A stretch of 63,731 nt of DNA, counting the filler, from Octopus bimaculoides (lineage: Eukaryota), in assembly GCF_001194135.2 (NCBI RefSeq). It is 7 parts of 7 records of this genome, joined end to end, with 100 filler letters (N's around TTAATTAATTAA, not from the genome) between each part and the next. Parts side by side here need not be neighbours in the genome. Positions count along the whole stretch, not along the records: positions 24,696 to 55,383 come from NC_068981.1; positions 55,484 to 60,713 come from NC_069008.1; positions 60,814 to 62,466 come from NW_026342983.1; positions 62,567 to 63,731 come from NC_068987.1; 3 more parts are not named here. One strand, written 5' to 3'. Shown here piece by piece: positions 52,116 through 63,731 of this stretch. The notes below the pieces were generated by a model. It searched no databases and was not told the origin of the DNA. It worked only from the letters and a program-made list of their open reading frames with translations. Position 1 is the stretch's first letter. The number at the start of each line of letters is the position of its first letter. Both the position numbers and the translations under genes were made by a program.

Positions 52116-52649
52116 TGCAATCTTTTAAAGCTTCTACTTCCTGTCCTGACTTCACAAGGTTCAATTAATTAAGAAAACTATCGTTTGTGCCCCTGCATTC
52201 TTTTGCTGGTCCACTGTTTTTCCAAGCAGCGCTTTCTATAAATGAAAAAGATCATTTTTTATTGAAATTTAACAGAAATGCTAAGCTACGCTGAGAATAA
52301 GATTATTCTTATTCATCGTTTTAAAGCACATATATGTCAATTTAAGCTCATTAAATAGTACATTTCACATTTCGTGTTTTTAATAAGATTCATTTTTAGT
52401 CCAGTAATATTTTCTATCTTATCTTCGTAAGAAATAATAAGAATTAACTAATACACATGTTTAATAATGATAAAATTAATAAATCGACTCTTTGCCTCAA
52501 TGGCATTTTAAAAATCTTTTTTGTTTATAGAAAGCGCTGCTTGTAAAAACATTGGACCAGCGAAAGAATGCAGGGGTACAAACGATAGCTTTCTTAATTA
52601 ATTGAACGTGGGAAGTCAGGACAGGAAGTGAAAGCTTTAAAAGACTGCA
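52116..52649. repeat. Long inverted repeat (arms 52116-52252 and 52514-52649, about 137 bp; spacer about 260 bp); foldback or MITE-like
   Basis: The arms differ at about 13 positions by manual alignment. Confidence 0.9.
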
Positions 52650-52928
52650 GGTGAAGCTGAATATAAAAGAACATGTTATTTATATTTTATTCAAGTATGG
52701 ACCCTAGAACATACCCGAGTTAGGGAGAAATTTTATTCATTTTAGATTTATAGAACTATTGCAATTCGCCTAATTTCACTTCGTAAACACCTCTTTGGAA
52801 GAAGTTAATATATATATTAATCCAGGGTACATTACTTAATTCAATAATGATATATATTGCATTTCGCTAAAATACATAACAAAATCGATTGAAAAGTGTT
52901 CATTGTCTCGTTGATATTCATATTATTA

Positions 52929-53390
52929 AGGCGGCGAGCCTGAGAATCGTTAGCACGCCGGGAAAAACGCTTAGCGGCATTTCGACCGTCTTTACGTTTT
53001 GAGTTCAAATTCCGCCGAGGTCGACTTTGCCTTTCATTCTTGGAGGTCGATAAAATAAGTACCAGTCTAGTACTGGGATCAATGTGATCGATTGTACACG
53101 TCCCCACAAATTCCAGACCTTGTGCCTATAGTAGAAATGATTATCTGGTTAATATTTATATTATTGTTAAGGTGGCATGCTGGAAGAATCATTAGCATTC
53201 TCGACGAAATGCTTAGCGGCATGTCGTCTGTCTTTACGTTCTGAGTTCATATTCCGCAGCAGTCGATTTTTGCCTTTCATCCCTTTCGAGGTCAATAAAA
53301 TAAGCACTAGTTAAGTTCTGGCGTCGATGTAATCGACTTACCCCCTCCCCAGAAGTTGCTGGCCTTGTGCCAAATTTTCAAACCAATAAT
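52929..53390 (+). mobile_element. Two tandem SINE family C copies
   Basis: ggcggcgagc...gaatcgttagcacgccggg...gccgaggtcgactttgcctttcat...gtgccaaattt repeated about 240 bp apart. Confidence 0.85.
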
Positions 53391-55516
53391 TTATATTCTT
53401 ATTTGCTCATTTTAAAAGCAAATTCGATTGAAAATTTTCAACATATAATAATTACACTCCAAATTAAATGGTGTATGAAACTCTAGTGATCTAATGAATA
53501 TACTAGCTCACGCACCTCCTATCGTTGAATGTATTAGCTAATAAACAGCAAAAGATAAAAGTATAAAGCTTTCGGCTATTTTTTAACGAGCTGCAGTAAA
53601 TCTACCTCTATATAATCAGAGTTCTTTCTCATATATTTCTCTGCATAGCATTATCTCTAGTTACTCTGAAAATAAATAAAAATCTAAGGTGAACGTTTTT
53701 AGTATTTGCATACAAGTGAGGTATGACTAAAATATATAAAACATGCTATCGGCGATATATGAACGGTTTATTATCTTGCAAATAACCCTACCCACTGAGG
53801 GGGGATACGTTTATTTGTAATGTACGAGCACTTGTAGTACGTCACATACGAATGAATTTGCCCTATTCTCATATAAAATCTTTTTTGGCTTTCCTTTTTT
53901 TCTAATCTGTTTCTTTGTATATTAAAATAATAAAAGATCTATGTTATATATAAAATTAATTTTATATCTCGGAGCAAACACATTTCCTACTGAAGTATTT
54001 TCATCAAATTATTTGTTCCTTGAAAATAAAGATATATGTTCATTCGAGAAATTAATACTGTGAATTTGAGTTTATATTAAATTTGCGATATTAAATTGAT
54101 TCCTGATTTAATTGATTCATTGAACAGTTTCTTATTTGTGAATGAATTATTCCCTTAATACTCAATTTAATTTTAAGCTCTTGTTTACACAAAGTTTTAG
54201 CAACAGTCATATAAGTTTAAGCATATTTTTATGAATATACGTATTTCAGTCTATGTGCAGGCGTGTCTGCTTATTTCCGTGTGATATTTAGGATATATGA
54301 ATGATATAATATGTACATAGTCTTTACTCCTTTACGGACTTCAACCATTGCACAGAGATTATGTTGGAACATTACTTTCAATGGTTCTGTCAATGATATT
54401 GATTAAATCCAGTGCTTATCTAATTCACTCTGATAAACCTGTTGGTTATAGGAGTAGAAACAAATCAATACCGGTTCTCAAACGGTGAGAGACGAGCTGA
54501 AACAATGATACACGAACACAGAGACAAACAAGCAAACAAACACATACGTACACACACAAATACAGGCGTGCGCACATATGTATGTATATATAAAACAATT
54601 GCAGCGTGCAAGGTGTTTATAAGCGATTTAAAAACACGCAAAAACCGTTAGATTCACTTCAATATTTAAATTTAATTTGTGTCAAAATATTTTCGTCGCT
54701 TTTAAGCTGCGACCTGTTCACTGCACAACGCATAATGATTCTGAAATACTGTACTAAATTTGTAAATACCACATCTCTAGCAAAAAGAACTAAAAGCATA
54801 TGAACGCATTCAACTTCTACTTTTAATGCACGGGAAAAGAGGGTAGGAGGTCTTCTGACTGACTGCTTCAATAATTTTTTGATCGCTCCACAGAAAATAA
54901 GTGTTCAAACTTCATACGCAATTCATAGGATAGAATATTCAGTGAAAGCATTAAGCAATCAAGAGTTAAGATATTGTCATGCTGGACATCTTAAATAGGC
55001 TTAGACAACTCGTCTTTAATTGAACAATATGTACTTTACAAGCATCTCACTGTGAATTAGAAAAATTGAAGACATTTAGATATTAGTCTAACACTGCTAT
55101 GATGAACTATAAAAATTTCGGAACATACAAATTTATTGGAATATTTAGCTGAAGATCAAAATAGAGTATTCTTTACTCTTAACTGTGAAACGATCGTACT
55201 AAATTAACTAAAGGCAGGTGTTTTTTTTTACTCTTCTCTACTGTTTTTTGTTCTGTGTGTATCAAAAATATCGCTATCAATCTGGAGTAATAATTTGTAG
55301 TTTTGAAATCAGTAGTTCTTTGACTGCTATTTCTGAATTCTCAGTATGTTGGAGAAGCAGGTTACTGTCAATCCCTATATATTNNNNNNNNNNNNNNNNN
55401 NNNNNNNNNNNNNNNNNNNNNNNNNNNTTAATTAATTAANNNNNNNNNNNNNNNNNNNNNNNNNNNNNNNNNNNNNNNNNNNNTGTGTGTGCATGTGTGT
55501 GTATAATATATATATG

Positions 55517-55569
<53 letters not shown>

Positions 55570-55598
55570 GTATATATATAAAATTATTCTGTTTATAA

Positions 55599-55773
55599 AG
55601 CAAGTGTCATTGCAATGTGTGTATACAGCAAATGACTTTACATAGTGTATATGTATGTTGTGTTTGTGTATGTATGTATGTATGTATATATATATATAGC
55701 AAGTGATTCTACACTATGAGTGTGTATATAGCAATTAACTTTACACTAAGTGTATAAACAGCAAGTGATGTTA

Positions 55774-55808
<35 letters not shown>

Positions 55809-55938
55809 AGACAAATCACTTTACACTGTATGTATGTATGAACTTATATATGTATGGTCATAGCATGTGTGTGTGTGTGTGTGTGCATACCAAGTGACTT
55901 TATGGAGTGTTTATCTGTGTGCACAAAGTGACTTTATA
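55599..55938. repeat. Degenerate minisatellite: 8 copies of a 16-bp AGCAARTGACTTTACA-like motif separated by TG/TA tracts
   Basis: Motif copies start near 55599, 55627, 55698, 55730, 55760, 55810, 55889 and 55923. Confidence 0.7.
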
Positions 55939-56294
55939 CCCTGTGAGTGTGTATACACACACACACACGCCTATACAGAATGGTCCTCTTGTGTATGAAT
56001 GTCCAGGCAGACACTAACCTTTTTGTGTGTGAGAGCACAGTGTGTCTTTCATTGTGTAAATATGTTGCTGTGTGTGTGTGTGTGTGTGTGTGTGTGGTTT
56101 CTCGGTGTTTGTGAAGTGGGGTGTGACTGGCTTGTGCATAGACATAATTACTGTGTATTATATATAACATATATATACACATATATACATATATATATAT
56201 ATATGTGTGTGTGTGTGTATATGGATGTACATGGGTGTGTATGTATGTGTGTATATGTGTACATGTATGCTTTATACGTATAGTGTGTGTAAAA

Positions 56295-56650
56295 AGTAAA
56301 AGGTTACAGGTAAAGACCTCCTTTAGTCATGAAGGACCATGGGATTGCACCTAGAAAGTTCCCCTCCCAGGCACAAGTCCAGGTAAGGTTGTTTATGGAA
56401 GACCAGCAGTCACCCATGGATACCAGCCTCCCCTCTCCATGCCACTGATGTTATCCAAGGAAAAGGCAAAGGGGCCGATACAGTGTGGCACCAGTGACAT
56501 CGCAACTCATTTCTACAGATGAGTGAACTGAAGCAGCGTGAAATAAAGTGTCTTGCTCAAGAACACAACACACAACCCGGTCTGGGAATCGAACTCACTA
56601 CCTCATGATTGTGAGCCTGACACTCTCACCACTGAGCCATGCACCTTCAC
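56295..56650 (-). mobile_element. SINE family D, longer copy
   Basis: Shares head and body with 9860-10080. Confidence 0.8.
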
Positions 56651-56851
56651 AGTGAGTATATAGCAATAATCTTATGTTCAGATAAACACTCTGTAGCATG
56701 CTGTTTAAAGCCGGTCCACAGTATTCGGTTACCTGATGTCAACAACAGTATAGAGGTAAATGCCCCTGGATTTACTTCAGGAATTCTTTTACTACAGTTT
56801 ATATAAAAAGATGAGAAGCAGAAAATAGAATCCATGAGACCCTTTATTCAC

Positions 56852-57035
56852 AATATTTACATTTGACAGATATTTGTCCTCATCTTGTTTTTTGTTAACA
56901 CAACATTTCGGCTGATATACCCTCCAGCCTTCATCAGGTGTCTTGGGGAAATTTTGAACCTGGGTTCTCATTCCTGAGGTATTTTTTGATGACGGCTGGA
57001 GGGTGTATCAGCCGAAATGTTGTATGAACAAACAA
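56852..57035. mobile_element. Hammerhead-family 1 copy (- strand, motif 56942-56897) fused to an inverted partial + copy (from about 56987)
   Basis: The reverse complement reads GACAC-CTGATGA-A-GGCTG..CAGCC-GAAATGTT-GTGTT, then tgatgacggctggagggtgtatcagccgaaatgttgt follows on the + strand. Confidence 0.8.
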
Positions 57036-57049
57036 GAATGAGACCAGTA

Positions 57050-57228
57050 ACAAGTCACATCCTCCAGTTTCTTAGTAGAGTCGTTGACTGGATACAAAAT
57101 CCGGTCAATGGTAACCCATAGCCCTGCAAAGCATCCTGGTCCACCAGATTGGGGTATACAGGGTCCACCAGAATAAAAAAGTAAATGAAGGGGTCCAGAG
57201 ATTAAAAAAAAAGGGTTGAGAACTCTTG
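57050..57228. mobile_element. Possible hAT-type MITE end
   Basis: The terminal ggggtcc...aaaaagggttgagaactcttg resembles hAT/Charlie-type ends from memory. The other end was not found. Confidence 0.3.
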
Positions 57229-57383
57229 ACTTAGACAGACATCAGACTTTATTGAAAGCTAAACATTTATGAATTGTTACTCTGAGCATCAGGTTTCTGA
57301 TTTGAAGTACTCACATTGTGTACTTTTGTTCTGTCCGTTAGCAAATGTCCTTATATATACAAACAACATATATACACAGTGAC

Positions 57384-57418
<35 letters not shown>

Positions 57419-57496
57419 AACTACACAACAACCTGTACAACCAGCTACGTACAGACATATAAAATGACTATCATATACAAATACAAACAACCATAT

Positions 57497-57536
<40 letters not shown>

Positions 57537-57865
57537 CCACATCACATATCCTTGTTAACATTGGGATGTAAAAAAAAACTAAAAAAGAAAAGGAAAATTA
57601 CACACNNNNNNNNNNNNNNNNNNNNNNNNNNNNNNNNNNNNNNNNNNNNNNNNNNNNNNNNNNNNNNNNNNNNNNNNNNNNNNNNNNNNNNNNNNNNNNN
57701 NNNNNNNNNNNNNNNNNNNNNNNNNNNNNNNNNNNNNNNNNNNNNNNNNNNNNNNNNNNNNNNNNNNNNNNNNNNNNNNNNNNNNNNNNNNNNNNNNNNN
57801 NNNNNNNNNNNNNNNNNNNNNNNNNNNNNNNNNNNNNNNNNNNNNNNNNNNNNNNNNNNNNNNTC

Positions 57866-57910
<45 letters not shown>

Positions 57911-57914
57911 TATA

Positions 57915-59510
57915 TATACTTGTTTCAGTCATTAAACTGCGGCCATGCTGGGGCACCGCCTTGAAGAATCTTTAGTCGAATGAATCAACTGTAGTAATCC
58001 TTTTTTAAAGCCTGGTACTTGTTCTATCAGTCTCTTTTGCTGAACTACTAAGTTACAAGGCTGTAAACACACCAACACCAGTTGTCAAGTAATGTTGGGG
58101 GAGGGGACAAACACAGGTATAAGATTACTCACACACACTCACATTCAACATATGGCACTGCTAATCCAGATAGATTTTTTCCTCTCTCCATTATTTTTTT
58201 CTCTCTCCGTCTGTTTTCTCTCCACTATTCCTGTCTGTCAAAGAGCTTAGGCTCAAAATGTCAAATACACTTCCATTTTTCCTGACCATCAAAATAATAC
58301 ACCCCATGTGTTGTTCCCTCACCTGTCTCTATCCTTTGTACACTTGAACCACATATATATATAGTTCAATCTACTGCTGCCCCCTCCTTACCTACACTTC
58401 TCTATTCAATCGAATACTGCTCTCTTTACCATAACACCCCCCAACTCCCCTTCCTAATACACTTAGTTCTCCACAAAAATCATTCCACCTTTAAACTCCA
58501 TCTTGTCAACACCTCAAATGTAAAATTCTCCCCTGAAGACGGAAGCAGTGTTATCTGATAATGGATCCATGTAACTATCATTATTCTGAACCACCAAGCT
58601 CCCAGAAACAGCTGTTGGACTCGGAAAAAATAACCCATTTAACTGCTGATATCTTATATTTTTTGTATATCAACTTTGCCTGACTTGCTTCTCCTTACAT
58701 TTGTTTCTCTACCTGTTCAAGTTCAAATCTTTTGAGCACTACAAAGTGTATTCTATACAGAGAATAGTACCTGCCTCTTATCTATAAACTATATACACTT
58801 TTATTCTTTTACTTGTTTCAGTCATTTGACTGTGGCCATGCTGGAGCACCACCCTTAGTCGAATGAATCAAGTCCCAGGACTTATTCTTTGTAATCCTAG
58901 TACTTATTCTATCGGTCACTTTTGCTGAACTGCCAAGTTATGGGGACGTAAACACACCAGCATCGGTTCTCAAATGATCGTAGGGGGACAAACACAGATA
59001 CACAAACATACACATATATACATATACATATATATATACACGACGTGTTTCTTTCAGTTTCCATCTACCAAATCCACTCACAACCCCTTGGTCAGCCTGA
59101 GGCTAAGTAGAAGACATGTGACCAGGGTGCCAAGCAGTGGGACTGAACCTAGAACTATGTGGTTGGATTCCAGCACGACCGCAATCAAATGACTAATATA
59201 TATGTGTATATGTATATATATATATATATAGTAACAAACAATAAAATATTATAATAATATATTAATAGTTTAAAATATATTAAATACATGATAATATAGG
59301 TGGTTATAGCAATTACAGCCAAAAAGGTAAAATTAATATTATATATACACACACACACGCACATGGGCTTCTTTTAGTTTCCGTCTACTAAATCCACTCA
59401 CAAGGCTTTGGCAGGCCTGAGGCTATAGTAGAAGACACTTGCCGAAGGTGCCATGCAGTGGGACTGAACTCAGAACCATGTGGGTGGGAAGCAAGCATCT
59501 TACCACACAA
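57915..59510 (-). mobile_element. Cluster of SINE family A pieces (57915-58115, 58805-59160, 59365-59510)
   Basis: Each piece is a reverse complement of family A blocks. Confidence 0.7.
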
Positions 59511-60298
59511 CCGTCCCCTAGTACTGCCTCTTCAGGGGCCAGGAGGCACAACAACACCAATCAGTGGGTGACACTGTACATTCCTGAAAATAATGGCCAC
59601 ATCGCAGAATTGGCACCGGTTGCACAACCATGGATATTGGACAGCATTGCAGCTACACACACACACACACACACACGTGCACACACACACACATGTGCAC
59701 ACACACACACACACATAGCACAAACTGCATTGAACTAAAGGCCGTTCAACTGTTGAGCAATGACTCACTCACCAAAGTTCTGCTGCTGCTGCAACAGCAA
59801 CTGGTGGTTTATGGACACACCTNNNNNNNNNNNNNNNNNNNNNNNNNNNNNNNNNNNNNNNNNNNNNNNNNNNNNNNNNNNNNNNNNNNNNNNNNNNNNN
59901 NNNNNNNNNNNNNNNNNNNNNNNNNNNNNNNNNNNNNNNNNNNNNNNNNNNNNNNNNNNNNNNNNNNNNNNNNNNNNNNNNNNNNNNNNNNNNNNNNNNN
60001 NNNNNNNNNNNNNNNNNNNNNNNNNNNNNNNNNNNNNNNNNNNNNNNNNNNNNNNNNNNNNNNNNNNNNNNNNNNNNNNNNNNNNNNNNNNNNNNNNNNN
60101 NNNNNNNNNNNNNNNNNNNNNNNNNNNNNNNNNNNNNNNNNNNNNNNNNNNNNNNNNNNNNNNNNNNNNNNNNNNNNNNNNNNNNNNNNNNNNNNNNNNN
60201 NNNNNNNNNNNNNNNNNNNNNNNATGTATGTGTATATATATGCATGTGTGTTTGTGTGTGTATATATGTATGTATGTGTTTGTGTGTGTATATATGTA

Positions 60299-60342
<44 letters not shown>

Positions 60343-60396
60343 GTCAGTGAGGTCTAGAGATGCTCAATATAGAAAACAGTCGTGTTTACATCTCTT

Positions 60397-60428
<32 letters not shown>

Positions 60429-61150
60429 CACACACACACATATATATATAATTAACTGGTCAATGAGTGTGTGTGTGTGTGTGTGTGTATGAAACTGATC
60501 TCTGTGTACATATACATACACACACATATGATTGCTGGTGCATGAGTGCGCATGTTACATGTGCATTACACACACACACGTGACCGAGCCAGTGTGTATA
60601 TGACAGCTTGGGCATACGTGTGTAAATTATACACTCACACAAACATATATACATACACACCCACACATACATGCAAATATATATCTGTACATCTATTTAT
60701 ATATATATATATANNNNNNNNNNNNNNNNNNNNNNNNNNNNNNNNNNNNNNNNNNNNTTAATTAATTAANNNNNNNNNNNNNNNNNNNNNNNNNNNNNNN
60801 NNNNNNNNNNNNNAAAAAAAAAAAAAAAGAAAAAAGAAAAGAAAAGAATAAACGAAACAAGAAATTACATTATAGAAATGTATATTATACATAGGCGTAA
60901 CAGAAATATGTTACCCCTATGTGGAATATACAACTCCCACCATTTATCTTTCAACACGATATTAGTGAACGCAGCGTATGATATAAACAACAACAGTAGC
61001 GTACATGTATGAGCGGATTTCAAATACAACATTAGAGTCGGGAACAAAAAAATTTGACCATCGAAGTAGCAATTCCCATAGGATCAGCTATCACTAAGGA
61101 TTGCTTTCCACTGATAAACAGCATGTAGCGCTTTCTGGAGGTTCTTATAA

Positions 61151-61262
61151 GATATAGAATATTAAATTTGGGATATAGAATATTAAATTTGGGATATAGA
61201 ATATTAAATTTGGGATATAGAATATTAAATATTAAAATAAGATATAGAATATTAAATTTGGG
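61151..61262. repeat. 21-bp minisatellite (gatatagaatattaaatttgg), about 4.8 copies
   Basis: Three exact copies from 61151, a partial copy, and a final copy at 61241. Confidence 0.9.
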
Positions 61263-61529
61263 CCTTTGAAAATATTTTGCTTTAGATTTATGCATTGGTA
61301 TGTATTGCAAGAAACAACTAGGATTCTTTCTCTAACATTTTATATAGTTCAACCTACACAAGGGAATGTGAGAAAGAAAATAGGAATTTTGAAAGAAGTT
61401 TATACAAAACAATTTTTTGAAGATAGAAAAGTTACGGAGATCCGACAGAATGAAGTAGTATTTCAAGGGGATCCATTAACAAAAATTGGCTGAGTACTCC
61501 TGATTTACACCAAAGAGTTACTAAGTTTG

Positions 61530-61980
61530 GTTTGAAATTTTTACCACAGCGTCAGCAATTCGGGAGAGGGAGTAGGATGACTTCATCGACCCCAGTACTT
61601 AACTGGTATTTACTTTACCAACCTCAAAATGATGAATGTCAAAGTCGACCTCTGCGGAATTTCAACGCAGAGCGTTGAGACGGACGAAATGTTGTTGAGC
61701 ATTTCGTCCGGCGTGCTAACGATTCTGTCGGCTTGCCGCTTTATTCATATTGCTGATATTAGTACCTCATTTAGGGCGGCGAGCGAGCGGAATCGTTAAC
61801 ATGCCGCACGAAATGCTTAGTTCGTCCGCCTTTATATTCTGAGTTCAAATTCGGCCGAGGTCGACTTAGCATTTCATCTTTTCGAAATCGATGAAATAAA
61901 TGCTAGTTGAGCACTGGGGTCGATGTAATCGATTTACTTCCTTCCTAGAAATTACTGGTCTCGTGCCAAAATTTGCAACT
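61530..61980. mobile_element. Head-to-head inverted pair of SINE family C copies
   Basis: The - copy spans 61530-61739 and the + copy 61776-61980, with a spacer of about 36 nt. Confidence 0.85.
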
Positions 61981-62019
61981 GATATTAATCATACGAATGC
62001 ATGACACATATAATCTTTT

Positions 62020-62420
62020 ATCCTATACTTGTTTCAGTCACTAGGTTGCGGTCAGGCTGGAGCATCACCTTGAAAAATTTTAGTTGAACGAATCGATCCC
62101 AGCATTTGTTCATTTTTATTTTTATTCTCTAAGCTTGGTATTCATTCTATTGGTTTCTCTTGCCGAATTGCTAATTTACAGGTTACGGAAACGTAAACAA
62201 ACCAACACCGGTTGTCAAGTGAGGGTGAAAAACAGACATGCACACAAACATTCAAACACACACACACACACACACACCTACACACACACACAAACACACG
62301 CCCACACGTCAATTCTACTCAAGGTTTCGGTCCGGCCGACGCTATTGAAAATGGTATTGCCCAAGCTGTCACGCTGTTTGACTGAACCCGGAAACATCTC
62401 TATGAGAAGGGATCTTACTA
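62020..62420 (-). mobile_element. Diverged SINE family A
   Basis: cttgtttcagtca...gaatcgatcccag...ggttgtcaag...gactgaacccggaa. Confidence 0.65.
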
Positions 62421-63207
62421 TGCAGCAACGCTTGCAACTGTGTGTATATTATATATATATATATATNNNNNNNNNNNNNNNNNNNNNNNNNNNNNNNNNN
62501 NNNNNNNNNNTTAATTAATTAANNNNNNNNNNNNNNNNNNNNNNNNNNNNNNNNNNNNNNNNNNNNATATGTATATATATATATATATAGAATATATGAA
62601 ATATATGTGTTTATATATATATGTACATGCATACATACATACATACATACATACATACATTCATACATACATACACACACACAGATACACACATCTGACC
62701 TCTGCTTTTCATAACAGGCGAAACGCCTCAGCATCATCATCAGTACAACCGTCCTTGAAAAACAAGCTTACCACTTCAGACTGTAACGTCTACATTTTCT
62801 CATCAACACCACCGAACATACGGCACGTACGCCCAGCTAGTCAATGGTGCCGAAGCATACTTCAAGTCAAAGTCCATTGTTATAAAGTGTTCCGGTTTCA
62901 TTGAAAATGAAAACAGAAACATCATTGTTGAGATTTAATTTCCTAGGCCATGACTTCAGATGACCCGGATATCACATATTAGTTGTAAATTCACCTTGCG
63001 ACAATTCTACAGGATATGTTCGTTCATAAAACAATGCCACAAATGCTATTTTGGATAACACATTTGTCAGACGATATAGACAATATGATAGTTGACTACC
63101 ATCTACAATAAGGCGATATAAAAGCATACACACACTCACACCCACACACCCACACACACATATATATATGTATATATGTATGTATGTATAATGTGTGTGT
63201 GTATATA

Positions 63208-63336
63208 AAGGGTAATTCAAAAGTCGCCATACATAAGAACAATTTATTTTTTTATATGAAACAGTTTTTTTTTATTTAACTGTTTCTTATAAAAAAATAA
63301 ATTTTTCCTATGTATGGTTACTTTTGAATCACCTTG
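63208..63336. mobile_element. 129-bp Tc1/mariner-type MITE
   Basis: TA flanks and TIRs aagggtaattcaaaagtcgccatacata / rc caaggtgattcaaaagtaaccatacata. Confidence 0.75.
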
Positions 63337-63550
63337 TATATACAAGTTTTTTCATACTCTTTCTGTTTATTTTCTCTTATTCCTTTTTGCTGAAGAGTGT
63401 AGGCTCAAAACGTAAAAGACTTTCATGTTCTCGTGGGTCAAACTAATACATTTGCTTGTTATTCAAACACCTGTCTTCGTCTTTTGTTTTGACCGTTGAC
63501 TGAACACTATTCAATTTTTTTTCTCCGTGTTTTTCTCCTTGTCTCCGTAT

Positions 63551-63587
63551 TCTTTCTGTTGAAGAGCGTAGCTCGAAACGTCAAAGA
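63551..63587 (+). ncRNA. Hammerhead-like motif (family 2) in the second of two tandem units
   Basis: TCTTT-CTGTTGA-A-GAGC-GTA-GCTC-GAAA-C-GTC-AAAGA. Stems I and II are perfect but the core has U at A6. Confidence 0.5.
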
Positions 63588-63731
63588 CTTTCCGTATTCC
63601 CGAGCGTCATACTAATATATACTTTTGTTATTTACACCACCTGTCCTCGTCTGTTGTTATTATTTGTATATTCTCCCATATATATATATGTATGTATATA
63701 TACATACACATATGTATATATACATACCCAT

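Noticed and set aside
55599-55938. CRISPR-like array
   Set aside because: The context is eukaryotic, the repeats are degenerate, the spacers are microsatellites of uneven length, and there are no cas genes.
61032-61310. ORF with PKFNILY repeats
   Set aside because: It is simply the translation of the 21-bp minisatellite.

Overview
This is repeat-rich, AT-rich animal genomic DNA with many assembly gaps. The SINE/LINE content and microsatellite load point to an octopus or other coleoid cephalopod (inference from repeat style, not a database result). I can support only one host coding exon: a 104-bp + strand exon at 23695-23798 encoding an ankyrin repeat I recognise as ANKFN1/wide awake-like. 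The rest is probably intron (or partly intergenic). It is filled with several tRNA-derived SINE families; RTE, R4/Dong, CR1/L2-type and Penelope retroelement fragments; a solo LTR; Tc1/mariner relics; and microsatellites. The most interesting signal is a set of minimal type I hammerhead-ribozyme motifs in three sequence families. One copy (50698-50980, - strand) sits behind a tRNA-type Pol III A/B-box head, which suggests a hammerhead-bearing SINE mobilised by Penelope-like elements, and its copies show inverted junctions. Also notable are a ~1.8-kb element that appears to encode only a gag/ORF1-like protein (HAL1-like), a 93-nt near-perfect hairpin 450 bp upstream of the exon, and several long inverted repeats that could form dsRNA in the pre-mRNA. 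Nearly all ORFs in the supplied track are microsatellite or gap artefacts.
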